A stretch of 37,375 nt of DNA, taken from NCBI GenBank assembly GCA_963639885.1, contig CAVHXL010000001.1, positions 1 through 37,375 on the forward strand, read 5' to 3'. Below, one piece after another: positions 24,952 through 33,823 of the stretch. Below the pieces are notes generated by a model, which saw only the letters and a list, made by a program, of their open reading frames with translations, was not told where the DNA came from and did not search any database. How positions within the stretch are numbered: the stretch's first letter is position 1; each line of letters begins with the position of its first letter. The DNA is from a bacterium. Its GTDB lineage: Bacteria > Actinomycetota > Coriobacteriia > Coriobacteriales > Eggerthellaceae. A program made the position numbers and the translations under genes.

Positions 24952-25121
24952 CGCCCCTCCTTCGATTCAATTGGAAGACCGGCATTTCCCCCTGCCGACT
25001 TCGCGCTTCGACCGAATTTCAGCTGACATAAGCCAGCCCATCCGGCATGTCGAGCAGTTGGCACCCCGTGCGGGCAAAAGGCTGAACCCGCCACACGCGC
25101 ACCAACTATCCGTAAAGTTGA

Positions 25122-25127
25122 ATTATA
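25122..25127 (-). promoter_or_regulatory. Putative -10 element of the transporter/motor operon
   Basis: Perfect TATAAT on the minus strand in an AT-rich patch about 170 nt upstream of ATG 24951; no clear -35. Confidence 0.55.
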
Positions 25128-25232
25128 CCGGTTTCAGGAGCGCCTAAGTGCGCAAATGCCAAACGGAACGATTTCATTTCGGAGTGGCTGCCGGGCCCTG
25201 CGTGCTGACCCGGGAAAGCGCGGCATGCGCCA

Positions 25233-25389
25233 CGCGCGCCGGCGGCCTTAAACCCCCGCCGCACGCAGAAGGAAGCCGTTCGAAGCGCAGGCATGCTCCT
25301 GCGCGAACCGGACCACTCCCATCGCCCGGCGACGACATCAGCCTTGACGCCTCGCGCGCGCCGGCGACCTTAAACCCCCACCGCACGCA
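25233..25389. repeat. 35-nt intergenic direct repeat, two copies
   Basis: cgcgcgccggcg(g/a)ccttaaaccccc(g/a)ccgcacgca at 25233-25267 and 25355-25389; 33/35 identical. Confidence 0.85.
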
Positions 25390-25421
25390 AAGGGGGCCGT
25401 CGCTTTCGCGACGGCCCCCTT
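25389..25421 (-). terminator. Intrinsic terminator-like hairpin after the giant surface-protein gene
   Basis: 14-bp perfect stem AAGGGGGCCGTCGC-GAAA-GCGACGGCCCCCTT with a short U run, about 20 nt after the stop at 25443. Confidence 0.8.
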
Positions 25422-25442
25422 CCCCATCGTGCTGGGAATGCG

Positions 25443-28400
25443 CTACGAGAGCGCCTCTCTCGCGTGCTCCTCGAACTCGGCGGAGATGGAACCCTCGCCA
25501 CCGAGCAGGTACACCGAGGAAACCTCGCCCTTCTGCGCCGCGATGATGCTATCGAACAGCGACGTGTCGCTGCCGTCGGTCATCAGCATGACGCTATTGC
25601 TCAGCCCGCACAGGGCGCTGCCGGCCAGGGCATCGGGGAACTTCACACCCGTCGCGATGGCGGCATGGCTCACCGTCATGCCCTCGGCCAACTCGTGCTT
25701 CACGATGTCGGCGCACGTGGCGTAGCGATCGGCTCCGCTCCAGCGCTCAACCTGCATACCCGCAAGCTGATCGACGACGGATTCGGACACGGCGCCATCG
25801 CCGCCGACCATGACCACGCGCGTGACGCCCGCGGCCTTGATCGCCGACACGGTCGACGCCGAAAGCGTGCCATCGGCCTCGGTCAGGAAGATCGGCGCGG
25901 TCTTCGCGTAGCTGTACGGGCTCACCGACAGCGCGTCCCAAGGGCTCGAACCGGCGGCGACGATCGCCGTCACCGGCGAGGCGGACGCAGCCACCAGCTC
26001 GCTCACCTTGTTCGCCGTATCCTGGCGCGTGTCACCTGCGATGCGCTCCGTCGAGACGCCGGCCTTCTCAAGCGCCGCGATAACCTCGTCGGAAACGGCA
26101 CCCGCGCCGCCGAGCACGTAGGCCTTCGTGGCGCCTAAACGCTCGATCTCGGTCATGGCAGCCTCGGGAAGCGCGTTTGACTCCGTCAGGACAACCGGGC
26201 ACCCAAGCGTCCCGGCCAGAGCGGAAGCGGACAGCGCATCGGGGAAGTTCTCGCCCGTTGCGATAACCACGCTATCTGATTTATCGAATGCCGTACTGGA
26301 AATCGCACTTGCGGTCTCGTAACGTGTCTCTCCCGCGATGCGCGTCACGACGTTTCGAACCGGCGGCTCGAGCACCGTGAAGACAGCGGACGTCGTGCCG
26401 GTGTAGTTGCCCGCACCGGTGATGACGGCCTTGTACGAGCCGGCTGCGGTGATGGCCTCGACCACGTTGCCCGCCTCGTCGGTGAACGAGATCGTGTAAT
26501 CCTGCCCACGCTCAAGCGTCGCACCGTCGGCATCGCTGACCGTGATACCGGATGCGATGGTCTCGGCAAGGTCGGTGCCGTCAGCGGTCACGGAAGGCAC
26601 TTCGACCTTCGCGCCCTCGATCGACTTGATGTCGGGATCGGCCTGGTCGGTCTTGATGGTCAGATACGAGTTGCGCGACCAATAGTACATGCCGCGCGCC
26701 GTCGAGTGGTCGCCGGTGTACTCGTCCATCGTGATGCCCCAGATGACGCGGGGGTAGTTCTTGATGCCCTTGTTCGCAACGTTGTACGCAACCGCATCGG
26801 CCGCCGTCATGGCCTCGGTGGTACCGGTCGCCACCGAGTACTCGGTCAGCGACAGCACCGGCGGGGCCGCCTCGTTAATCTCGGGATAATCGGAATTGCC
26901 GCCCGAGGCCTTCGGGAAGAAGTAGCAGCGCGTCATGATCTCGTCATAGGTCTTGCTCTGCGCGGCCTTGCCCGGGGCGGACGGGTCGTCGCCACCCCAC
27001 ATGAGCGTCGCGCCGCTCGTCCAGTACATGCCCACGCCGGCATCGCCGAACAGGTCATCGAACGTGACGTACTCGGACGTGGTGACGACATGCCACACAT
27101 CGCCCTTCCAGAACATGCCGGAAACCGGGTCACCCTCGGACTTTATCTTCCAAAGGTCGCTTTCCTTGTAAGACTTCACGACCTTGGGCGTCTCGGAGCC
27201 CGCATAGAGCACCTGGATCTTGATGGACGGCGATTCGTACTTGATGGTGATGGAGTCGACGTTGCTCACCAGGCGCTTGCCCGCTGCGCTCGAGGCCTTG
27301 TATTCGTCCTCCGTGGCGCCGGTCAGGATGCGCGGCGCGGTGGCCGACGTAGCCGCGGCGGCGTTCGCCTGCTCGGCATCGGCCGCGGTCGCGCCCTCGG
27401 CGATGGCCGACGACGCCTCCTTAAGCGCCAGCGTCGCCGGCACGGTGGTGCCGCTTAGCGACTCATCGATGGCGCCTGCCGTCGTGGCCGGGTAGAACTT
27501 GCCGCCCTCAAGCTGCTCGTAGGTCTGCGAAACGGCGAAATCACCGGACGCGAACTCGACCGACGCGCCTTCAGCATAAGCCGAGGCGAGACCCGCACGG
27601 CTGAACAGCTTCGAGAGCGCGACGTTGCTCGTGCCCGTCGAGACGTTCCACGTTCCCTTCTTGCAGTACAGCGCCGAAACGTTGCCGTCGGAAGCCAGGT
27701 CGGCAAGATCGGCCTGCGTGAACTCGGCGACCATCGTCTTGTCGCCATCGTCAACGACCTTGTACACGGTCAAGTACGCTTTCACGGTGAAAGACGCCTC
27801 GACCTTGCCGGAGTAGTTGCCGATACCGGTGATGACGGCCTTATAGGTTCCCTTGTCCGTGACGGAGTCGATCGGATTACCCTGCTCGTCGGCGAACGCG
27901 ACCGTGTAGTCGACATCCTGGACGAGGGCGTTGCCGTCGGAGTCCTTCACCACGATGCCGGCAGCGGCTTCGGATGCGACGTCGGCACCGGTGAAGTACA
28001 CGTCGGCCGCGTCGATCTTCGCATCCGCGATGGACCTGCCGACGATCTGGAAGGTGCCGGTGATGGCGCCGGTGTAGTTGCCCTTGCCGACGACCACATA
28101 GGACGCGATGCCGATCTCGACGTTGTTGCTGTAGGCGACCACGTAGTCGACGCCGGAAGCGAGCTTCACGCCCGCCGCATTGACGATGGAGATCTCAGGC
28201 TCGACAGCCTCGCCCGTGGCGATCTGCGAATCGATCGGATCAACCTGAAGCCCGGACAGCGACGCCTGCGCGATCTCGAACGTGGTGTGCTTGTAGGCGC
28301 CCTCATAGGCTCCGATGCCCACGACGTCGACGCTCGCGGTACCGACCGCGGTGTTGTCCGAGAAGGCCAGCACGTAGTCGGTGCCCTCGACCAGCGCCGT

Positions 28401-31400
28401 GGACGTGTCCGCAGCCGAGTACACGGTGATAGCGGGCTTGAGCGCGGCGCCGGTATAGGTTTGCTTCTTGATGACGGGCACCGCGAACCCAGGCGCCTCC
28501 TCACCCTGCGCGAACACCGGGTAGCCACCGTTGGCGAGCGCCTCGTCATCGGCGAACGCCACACCGAGCTTCGCCGCCATACCGGATGCGCCGGTGGCCT
28601 TCAGCGTCTCGTCGGAAACCGAACGGGAGTTGTCGGTGATCAGGTTCTCGTTTTGATAAGAGCCGATGGAGCCCAGCTTCGACGTACCGTAATAGCAGTT
28701 GTCCAGCGTGGCCTTCATGCTCTGCTGCAGGATGCCCACAACCGTGCCGACGCTGGTGTTGGTGGAGCTGTACGTCGGTTCGCTGACGACGTAGGCGTTC
28801 TTGATGGTCAGCGTGTCGTTCTTGCCGTTCGAGGTGAACTTCGCGACGATGCCGCCCGTGCCGGCGTAAGAGTACTTGCTCATCGTCGAACGCGAATTCA
28901 CCGAGCCGGTGCTGTACGCGTCGACGATGGTGGCGTTCACGTTGTCGGAGCTGCTATCGACAAGGCCGAGAATGCCCGCGGGCAGGGAGCCATCGATGGC
29001 GCCGGTGTTCCCGCACCTCGCGATGCCGACCTCGACCGGGGTCGATCCGGCGCTGGCGCGGCCGACGATGCCGGCCGCGGCGCCGTAGGAGTTGTTCGTA
29101 GGCTTGCTTACGACATCGGCGGTGTTGAGGCATCCCTCGACGGTGACGACCGAGGAGTTGCCGATGTAGCCGACGATGCCGCCGGCTTCGCGGCCGGATG
29201 TGACAGGGCCGTTGTTGACGCAATCGGCCACGCTCAGCTCGGACCCCGCACCGGCAACCGCGACGATACCGGAAGCGGCGACGGTGCTGGTCGTGGTCAC
29301 CTGAGCATCGTTGGTGCAATTGGCGATGGACGTGGAGCCGAACGACATGCATGCGAGCGCGCCTTGGGGCACGGCCCCGCTCACGGTCCCGGCAGTCGTC
29401 ACGTTGGAGACCTCGGCATCTTGCAGCGTGCCGAACAACGGGGCGGAAAGCGTGATGGTGTGGCCCGCGCCATCGAAGGAGCCCTTGAACGCCCTGGGGG
29501 CGGAGACGACCGTCGCCGTCTTGCTGAGCGTGCCGATGGAATCGACCGCGGGTCGCCCATCGGCGGCCGTGGCGTCGATATCCGCCGCAAGCTTGATGGC
29601 GGCGACGCCGTATTCGCCCTTGGCATAATTCACCGAGAGGGCGACCAGCTCAAGGTCGTCCTTGCTGGAAACGACGTACGGATCGGCCATGGTGCCCGAC
29701 CCTTGAAGCTCATCGGAATCGATGGCGAACACGTTATAGGTGACATCGACCGTTCCGCCCCAGTTGCCCAAGCCCGTGAGGGTGGCGGTGGCGACGCCCG
29801 TCGTCGTGTTGTTCTTGTACACGACGGAGTAATCAACGCCCTCGACGAGCACAGCGCCTGCACCGGCGACCGTCAGCTCAGGAGTTGCAGCGATGCTCGC
29901 GGAGGTCCACAGATCGGGAACGGAAAGGACGGTCGCCCCCGAGATATCCTTCGTCGTGATGTTGAAGGTGATCGTCTTCGAGCCCGAATACAGGCCGATG
30001 CCGCTCACGGTGACCGTCGCCTTGCCCGCCTCGATGTTGTCGGAGTAGGTCAGGGCGTAATCGGTACCCTGGCAAAGCAGCTTGCCGTCAACGGTGACGC
30101 CCGTCACGTTCGGCGTGATCTCGGCGCCCGTGTAAGTCTGATCGGCGATGGCGTCGACGGTCGCGGTCGAAAGATCGACCGCGGACATGCCGGCCTGCCA
30201 ATACAGGATGGGGAACCCGCCGTTGAGCTGGGCGGCCCCGTCATCCTTCACGAAAGCGCCGCCGAGCGAGGCGGGAAGCGCCTTCAAGTCGTCTGCGGCA
30301 TAGCTTGCCGTGGTGTCGTTGAGCGTGCTCACATCGGTAGCCGCCGATTTGTTGACGCCGATGCCCGCCGTCGCCGACGTGTCCAGGTAACCGGTGGAGA
30401 TATTCCACGTGGTGCACGTCGACAAGGTGCGCGCCTGAGACTTCAAGCAGCCGACGGCCGCGCCCGCGTTCACACCCTTGATGGTGCCGCAGCTGTAACC
30501 GTTGATGGTCACGCTGCGCCCGGCGAGCGCGCTCGATCCGATGGCGTCGGCTGCCACGATGCCGCCCGCGCCGTAGTTGGAGGACGTGCTCGTGTCCGTC
30601 GAGGTGATGTCCCCGCTGTTGTAGCAATTCACGAAAGACCCGCCGCCGTACGGAACGGTGGCCGCGATGCCGCCGGCCGAGATACCGCTCACCGGCGCGC
30701 TGTTGTAGCACGAGTCGACCAGCAAGGACGCCTTCCCGCCGTAAGCGGACGTTCCCGCCGCGATGCCAGCGGCGCACTGCCACGCGCCCGTCACCGTGAT
30801 GGGGGCCGTGTTGGCGCAGTTCTTGAAGGTCATCGGCGACTGGCACTGATCCTGGGCGAGCATACCGCCAGCGCTGCCGCCGGAGTTGATCTCGCCGGCG
30901 TTGATGCAGCCCTCGATGGTGAGAGCGCCCGCATCGGCCATGCCGGTCGTGTTGTGGTAGGCGACGATGCCGGCGGAGCGGCCGGAGGACAGCCCGTTGG
31001 TGATCGCGCCCTCGTTCCTGGAATTCTTGACGGTGATCGCTCCGATGGACTGCGCGACCAGGCCGGCCATGTAGTAGCCGCTCTGGGAAGTGAGGCTCGC
31101 CTTGTTCACGCAATTCTCGATGACCAGCGGATTGTTGTATTGCACGCACACGAGTCCCGCGGCGTACCTCGCGTTGACCGATCCCGCGATCGTAAGGTTC
31201 TTGTAGGTGATGACCTTCGTCTGATCGGCGTCCATCGCCGAGTTTGCGCCGGCATAGGCGACAAGCGCCATGTGCTCGTTCGCGCTCGCCGTGAGGCCGA
31301 GCGTGATCGTATGGCCATCGCCATCGATGCTGCCGAGGAAATGGTTGTATGCGCGGACGTAGCTGCCTTCGTCGTTTTTGTACGAATACTGGCTGCCCAG

Positions 31401-33482
31401 CGGATCAACGGCAAGATCGGCCTCGCCCGATGCCGTGGCATCGATGTCCGCGGTGATCTTGATGTCTCCGGACATGTAGGCCTTATCGCCCGTGTTGACC
31501 TTATGCGCGACGAACTGCAGCTCGCCCTTGCTGCCAACCTGGTACGGATCTTCGGCCGTGCCGGCGCCCTTCACGCTGCTGGCCGCGGCCACCACGTTGA
31601 AGGTTGCCGAAATGGAGCCGGTAATGCCCTCGTTGGGACCCTTGACGGTCGCGGTCGCCGTGCCTGTGGCAACGTTGTCAACGTACTCGACCACGTAGTC
31701 GCTGCCCGCGGTAAGCACCTCGCCGTCGGCGTTCTTCACCGTAAGCGCCGGCGTAGCGGGCTCATCGGCGCCATAGCTCCAGGTGGTGGGGATGGCGTCG
31801 ATGGTGCACGTGGACAGGTCGAGGCGCGAGATGGAGAACGTGGCCGCAGCCGTTTTGCCCTCGTAGCGGCCGATGCCGTACGCGGTCGCCTTCGCGGTGT
31901 GATCGCCCGGCTGGATGTTGTCCTCGTAGACGACGTAGTAGTCAAGGCCCTCGGTGAGCTGCTTGCCGTCGACCGTGACGGTGAGCGCAGGCTCAAGCGC
32001 GCGGCCGGAATACTTCTGCGCCTCGATGTCGCCGATGGTTGCGCCCGAGATATCAAGATAGCTGCCGCCGGCCTGCCAGAACAGGACCGGATAGCCGTCG
32101 TTGACATCCGAGGAGGGTGCGGCGACGTATGCGCCGCCGAGGTTCGCCGCGCCGGCCTTCATCTCGTCGACGCTGTAGAAGCCCTCCGTGACCGCAATGG
32201 GCGTTCCGTTCTTCGAATCGGTGTAGCGATAGACGTTGTCGTTCGTGCCCTTGCGCGCCATATTGTTCGCGAAGATGCCGATGCCCTTGTAGGTTTCCTC
32301 TTCGCACTTGTTGGTGAACAGGGTGGACGTGATGGAGCCCGTATAGGCGCCGCTCGCGTAACCGGTGTTGTAGCAGCCGGTCACGAATCCGTTCGTGGAA
32401 CCGGAAACGCCGCCAGCCTGGCCGATGGTGCCGTTGGCCACGTCGCCGCGCGCGTAGCAGTTGATGACGCAGCACGCCGCGCGGTACTCGGATTCGCCGC
32501 CGAAGATGCCGCCGCAGCCGCGCGAGCCCGAGCCGTTGCCCGTGATGTCGACGTCGGCCCAGCAGTTCATGATCTTGGGCCACTCGGCGAGCGTCATGGA
32601 CAAGGTGGCCGAGGCGTCGGAGCCCTCGTCGGTGTTCGAGCAGCCGACGATGCCGCCGCCGACGCGCGCCTTGACCTGGCCGGTCACGCCGAGCGTCTTG
32701 ACGACGCCGCCGCGGCCGATAGCCGCGATGAGCCCCTGATAGCCGTTGAAGTTCTGCGCGCAGTTGATGGAGCCGTCAACGTTGAGATTCTTGACGGTAT
32801 GCCCCGCGCCGTCGAAGGTGCCCTTCCAGGCCACCTCGGAATAGGTGCCGCCACTGGTGCCCTGGCCACCGCCGCCCCAGTTGTTGAAGTCGGAGATGGG
32901 ATCGAACTGCTTGTTGTTCAGGTCGATGTCGGCGCCGAGCTTGATGGTCTTGCCCGCGAAGTTATCCTGCGTGATGCCCGCCGCACGCGACTCGCGCGAA
33001 CCGTTGCCCCACGCCTCGTAGTCGTTCTTCGGGCTGGTGATGTCCGCCAAGCCGGCAAGCTGGGCCGCCGTGGTCAGCGTGAAGACGGTGTCGGTGGTGT
33101 TGTACCACGAAACGTCGTGCGTCGTGCCGTCCCATGCGTCGCTTGCCACCTCGGCGCCATCCGCTGCAGCGGCGTCCGCAGCCTCCGCGGCGCTCGCCGC
33201 GCTCTCATCGGCAGCGCTTGCCGCCGCAAGGTCGGACAAGGCCGTGCCGCTTTCCTTTTCACCCCCCGTCGCGGCTTCCGAGTCGGGGGTGTCCGCAGAG
33301 CTTGCGCTCTGCTCACCCTGAGCGACTGCGACCTCGGTCGTCGCAGAGCCCGTATCGCTATCGGTGGTGGCCGCCAACGCAGATGCGTTCGGACACGCCA
33401 TCGACAGCGCCAGGGTTAGGGAGCAGACCCAAGACAGCGCCTTGTGCCACGCCCCCTCACCTGAGGTTTTGTCGATTGCCAT
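25443..33482 (-). CDS. Giant cell-surface protein: three GLUG-like modules, about eight Ig-like repeats, two molybdopterin-oxidoreductase-like domains, three CWB2 repeats
   Basis: ATG 33482 with RBS AAAGGAG; signal peptide; three modules ending N(D/G)G(Y/F)P(V/I); repeated L.EG.DY...Y.(D/N)N...G.A; RIAGETRYET and FPDAL CWB2 motifs. Confidence 0.9.
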   Translation of the reverse strand: MAIDKTSGEGAWHKALSWVCSLTLALSMACPNASALAATTDSDTGSATTEVAVAQGEQSASSADTPDSEAATGGEKESGTALSDLAAASAADESAASAAEAADAAAADGAEVASDAWDGTTHDVSWYNTTDTVFTLTTAAQLAGLADITSPKNDYEAWGNGSRESRAAGITQDNFAGKTIKLGADIDLNNKQFDPISDFNNWGGGGQGTSGGTYSEVAWKGTFDGAGHTVKNLNVDGSINCAQNFNGYQGLIAAIGRGGVVKTLGVTGQVKARVGGGIVGCSNTDEGSDASATLSMTLAEWPKIMNCWADVDITGNGSGSRGCGGIFGGESEYRAACCVINCYARGDVANGTIGQAGGVSGSTNGFVTGCYNTGYASGAYTGSITSTLFTNKCEEETYKGIGIFANNMARKGTNDNVYRYTDSKNGTPIAVTEGFYSVDEMKAGAANLGGAYVAAPSSDVNDGYPVLFWQAGGSYLDISGATIGDIEAQKYSGRALEPALTVTVDGKQLTEGLDYYVVYEDNIQPGDHTAKATAYGIGRYEGKTAAATFSISRLDLSTCTIDAIPTTWSYGADEPATPALTVKNADGEVLTAGSDYVVEYVDNVATGTATATVKGPNEGITGSISATFNVVAAASSVKGAGTAEDPYQVGSKGELQFVAHKVNTGDKAYMSGDIKITADIDATASGEADLAVDPLGSQYSYKNDEGSYVRAYNHFLGSIDGDGHTITLGLTASANEHMALVAYAGANSAMDADQTKVITYKNLTIAGSVNARYAAGLVCVQYNNPLVIENCVNKASLTSQSGYYMAGLVAQSIGAITVKNSRNEGAITNGLSSGRSAGIVAYHNTTGMADAGALTIEGCINAGEINSGGSAGGMLAQDQCQSPMTFKNCANTAPITVTGAWQCAAGIAAGTSAYGGKASLLVDSCYNSAPVSGISAGGIAATVPYGGGSFVNCYNSGDITSTDTSTSSNYGAGGIVAADAIGSSALAGRSVTINGYSCGTIKGVNAGAAVGCLKSQARTLSTCTTWNISTGYLDTSATAGIGVNKSAATDVSTLNDTTASYAADDLKALPASLGGAFVKDDGAAQLNGGFPILYWQAGMSAVDLSTATVDAIADQTYTGAEITPNVTGVTVDGKLLCQGTDYALTYSDNIEAGKATVTVSGIGLYSGSKTITFNITTKDISGATVLSVPDLWTSASIAATPELTVAGAGAVLVEGVDYSVVYKNNTTTGVATATLTGLGNWGGTVDVTYNVFAIDSDELQGSGTMADPYVVSSKDDLELVALSVNYAKGEYGVAAIKLAADIDATAADGRPAVDSIGTLSKTATVVSAPRAFKGSFDGAGHTITLSAPLFGTLQDAEVSNVTTAGTVSGAVPQGALACMSFGSTSIANCTNDAQVTTTSTVAASGIVAVAGAGSELSVADCVNNGPVTSGREAGGIVGYIGNSSVVTVEGCLNTADVVSKPTNNSYGAAAGIVGRASAGSTPVEVGIARCGNTGAIDGSLPAGILGLVDSSSDNVNATIVDAYSTGSVNSRSTMSKYSYAGTGGIVAKFTSNGKNDTLTIKNAYVVSEPTYSSTNTSVGTVVGILQQSMKATLDNCYYGTSKLGSIGSYQNENLITDNSRSVSDETLKATGASGMAAKLGVAFADDEALANGGYPVFAQGEEAPGFAVPVIKKQTYTGAALKPAITVYSAADTSTALVEGTDYVLAFSDNTAVGTASVDVVGIGAYEGAYKHTTFEIAQASLSGLQVDPIDSQIATGEAVEPEISIVNAAGVKLASGVDYVVAYSNNVEIGIASYVVVGKGNYTGAITGTFQIVGRSIADAKIDAADVYFTGADVASEAAAGIVVKDSDGNALVQDVDYTVAFADEQGNPIDSVTDKGTYKAVITGIGNYSGKVEASFTVKAYLTVYKVVDDGDKTMVAEFTQADLADLASDGNVSALYCKKGTWNVSTGTSNVALSKLFSRAGLASAYAEGASVEFASGDFAVSQTYEQLEGGKFYPATTAGAIDESLSGTTVPATLALKEASSAIAEGATAADAEQANAAAATSATAPRILTGATEDEYKASSAAGKRLVSNVDSITIKYESPSIKIQVLYAGSETPKVVKSYKESDLWKIKSEGDPVSGMFWKGDVWHVVTTSEYVTFDDLFGDAGVGMYWTSGATLMWGGDDPSAPGKAAQSKTYDEIMTRCYFFPKASGGNSDYPEINEAAPPVLSLTEYSVATGTTEAMTAADAVAYNVANKGIKNYPRVIWGITMDEYTGDHSTARGMYYWSRNSYLTIKTDQADPDIKSIEGAKVEVPSVTADGTDLAETIASGITVSDADGATLERGQDYTISFTDEAGNVVEAITAAGSYKAVITGAGNYTGTTSAVFTVLEPPVRNVVTRIAGETRYETASAISSTAFDKSDSVVIATGENFPDALSASALAGTLGCPVVLTESNALPEAAMTEIERLGATKAYVLGGAGAVSDEVIAALEKAGVSTERIAGDTRQDTANKVSELVAASASPVTAIVAAGSSPWDALSVSPYSYAKTAPIFLTEADGTLSASTVSAIKAAGVTRVVMVGGDGAVSESVVDQLAGMQVERWSGADRYATCADIVKHELAEGMTVSHAAIATGVKFPDALAGSALCGLSNSVMLMTDGSDTSLFDSIIAAQKGEVSSVYLLGGEGSISAEFEEHAREALS

Positions 33483-33560
33483 GAGCAATCTCCTTTCCCT
33501 TGCAGACCCTTCCGCTGCCGGAGGCGTTCAAGCACGCCGAACCGGCAACGCTTGATCGCT

Positions 33561-33610
33561 ATTCTACCTCAGGAAACTATAGTTTTTTTCAAGGATAGAT
33601 AAACGATCCT
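33561..33610 (-). promoter_or_regulatory. Putative promoter/operator of the giant surface-protein gene
   Basis: AT-rich island; -10 candidates TATAGT (33576-33581) and TAGAAT (33561-33566); palindrome AAACTATAGTTT; resembles 10049-10094. Confidence 0.55.
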
Positions 33611-33709
33611 GGAAGAGTCGCGAGGGGAACGAGGGTGCGCGGGAGTGGCAGAGGCGGGCTTGCAACCCGGTCAGGGCGGCGGGGCGGCGGGGCGGGCGCG
33701 AAGCCGGCG

Positions 33710-33742
33710 GGGCGGGCGCCCACGCAGATCGGGCGCCCGCCC
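33710..33742. terminator. GC-rich hairpin downstream of the subtilase gene (possible terminator)
   Basis: 12-bp perfect stem GGGCGGGCGCCC / GGGCGCCCGCCC with a 9-nt loop; no U tract. Confidence 0.4.
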
Positions 33743-33823
33743 CGCAGCGAGCCCAAGGCGAATTCACGACCCAGGCGGGTCGGCGGGCGTCAACCGGCTG
33801 CCCGGGCCAGCCCGCTCGCCTTC

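Noticed and set aside
25233..25389. Possible mini-CRISPR (35-nt repeats)
   Set aside because: Only two copies, an 87-nt gap, and no cas genes in the window.
24952..25440. Cobalamin riboswitch upstream of the importer operon
   Set aside because: No recognisable B12-box or GCCCCCGC-ACUGU core in the expected order.
28287..33419. 1710-aa plus-strand ORF (likewise 20267..22753, 5570..7861, 16667..18727, 10080..11696, 1642..3045)
   Set aside because: Antisense shadows of well-supported minus-strand genes; Arg/Gly/Val-rich with no motifs, as expected from high-GC codon bias.
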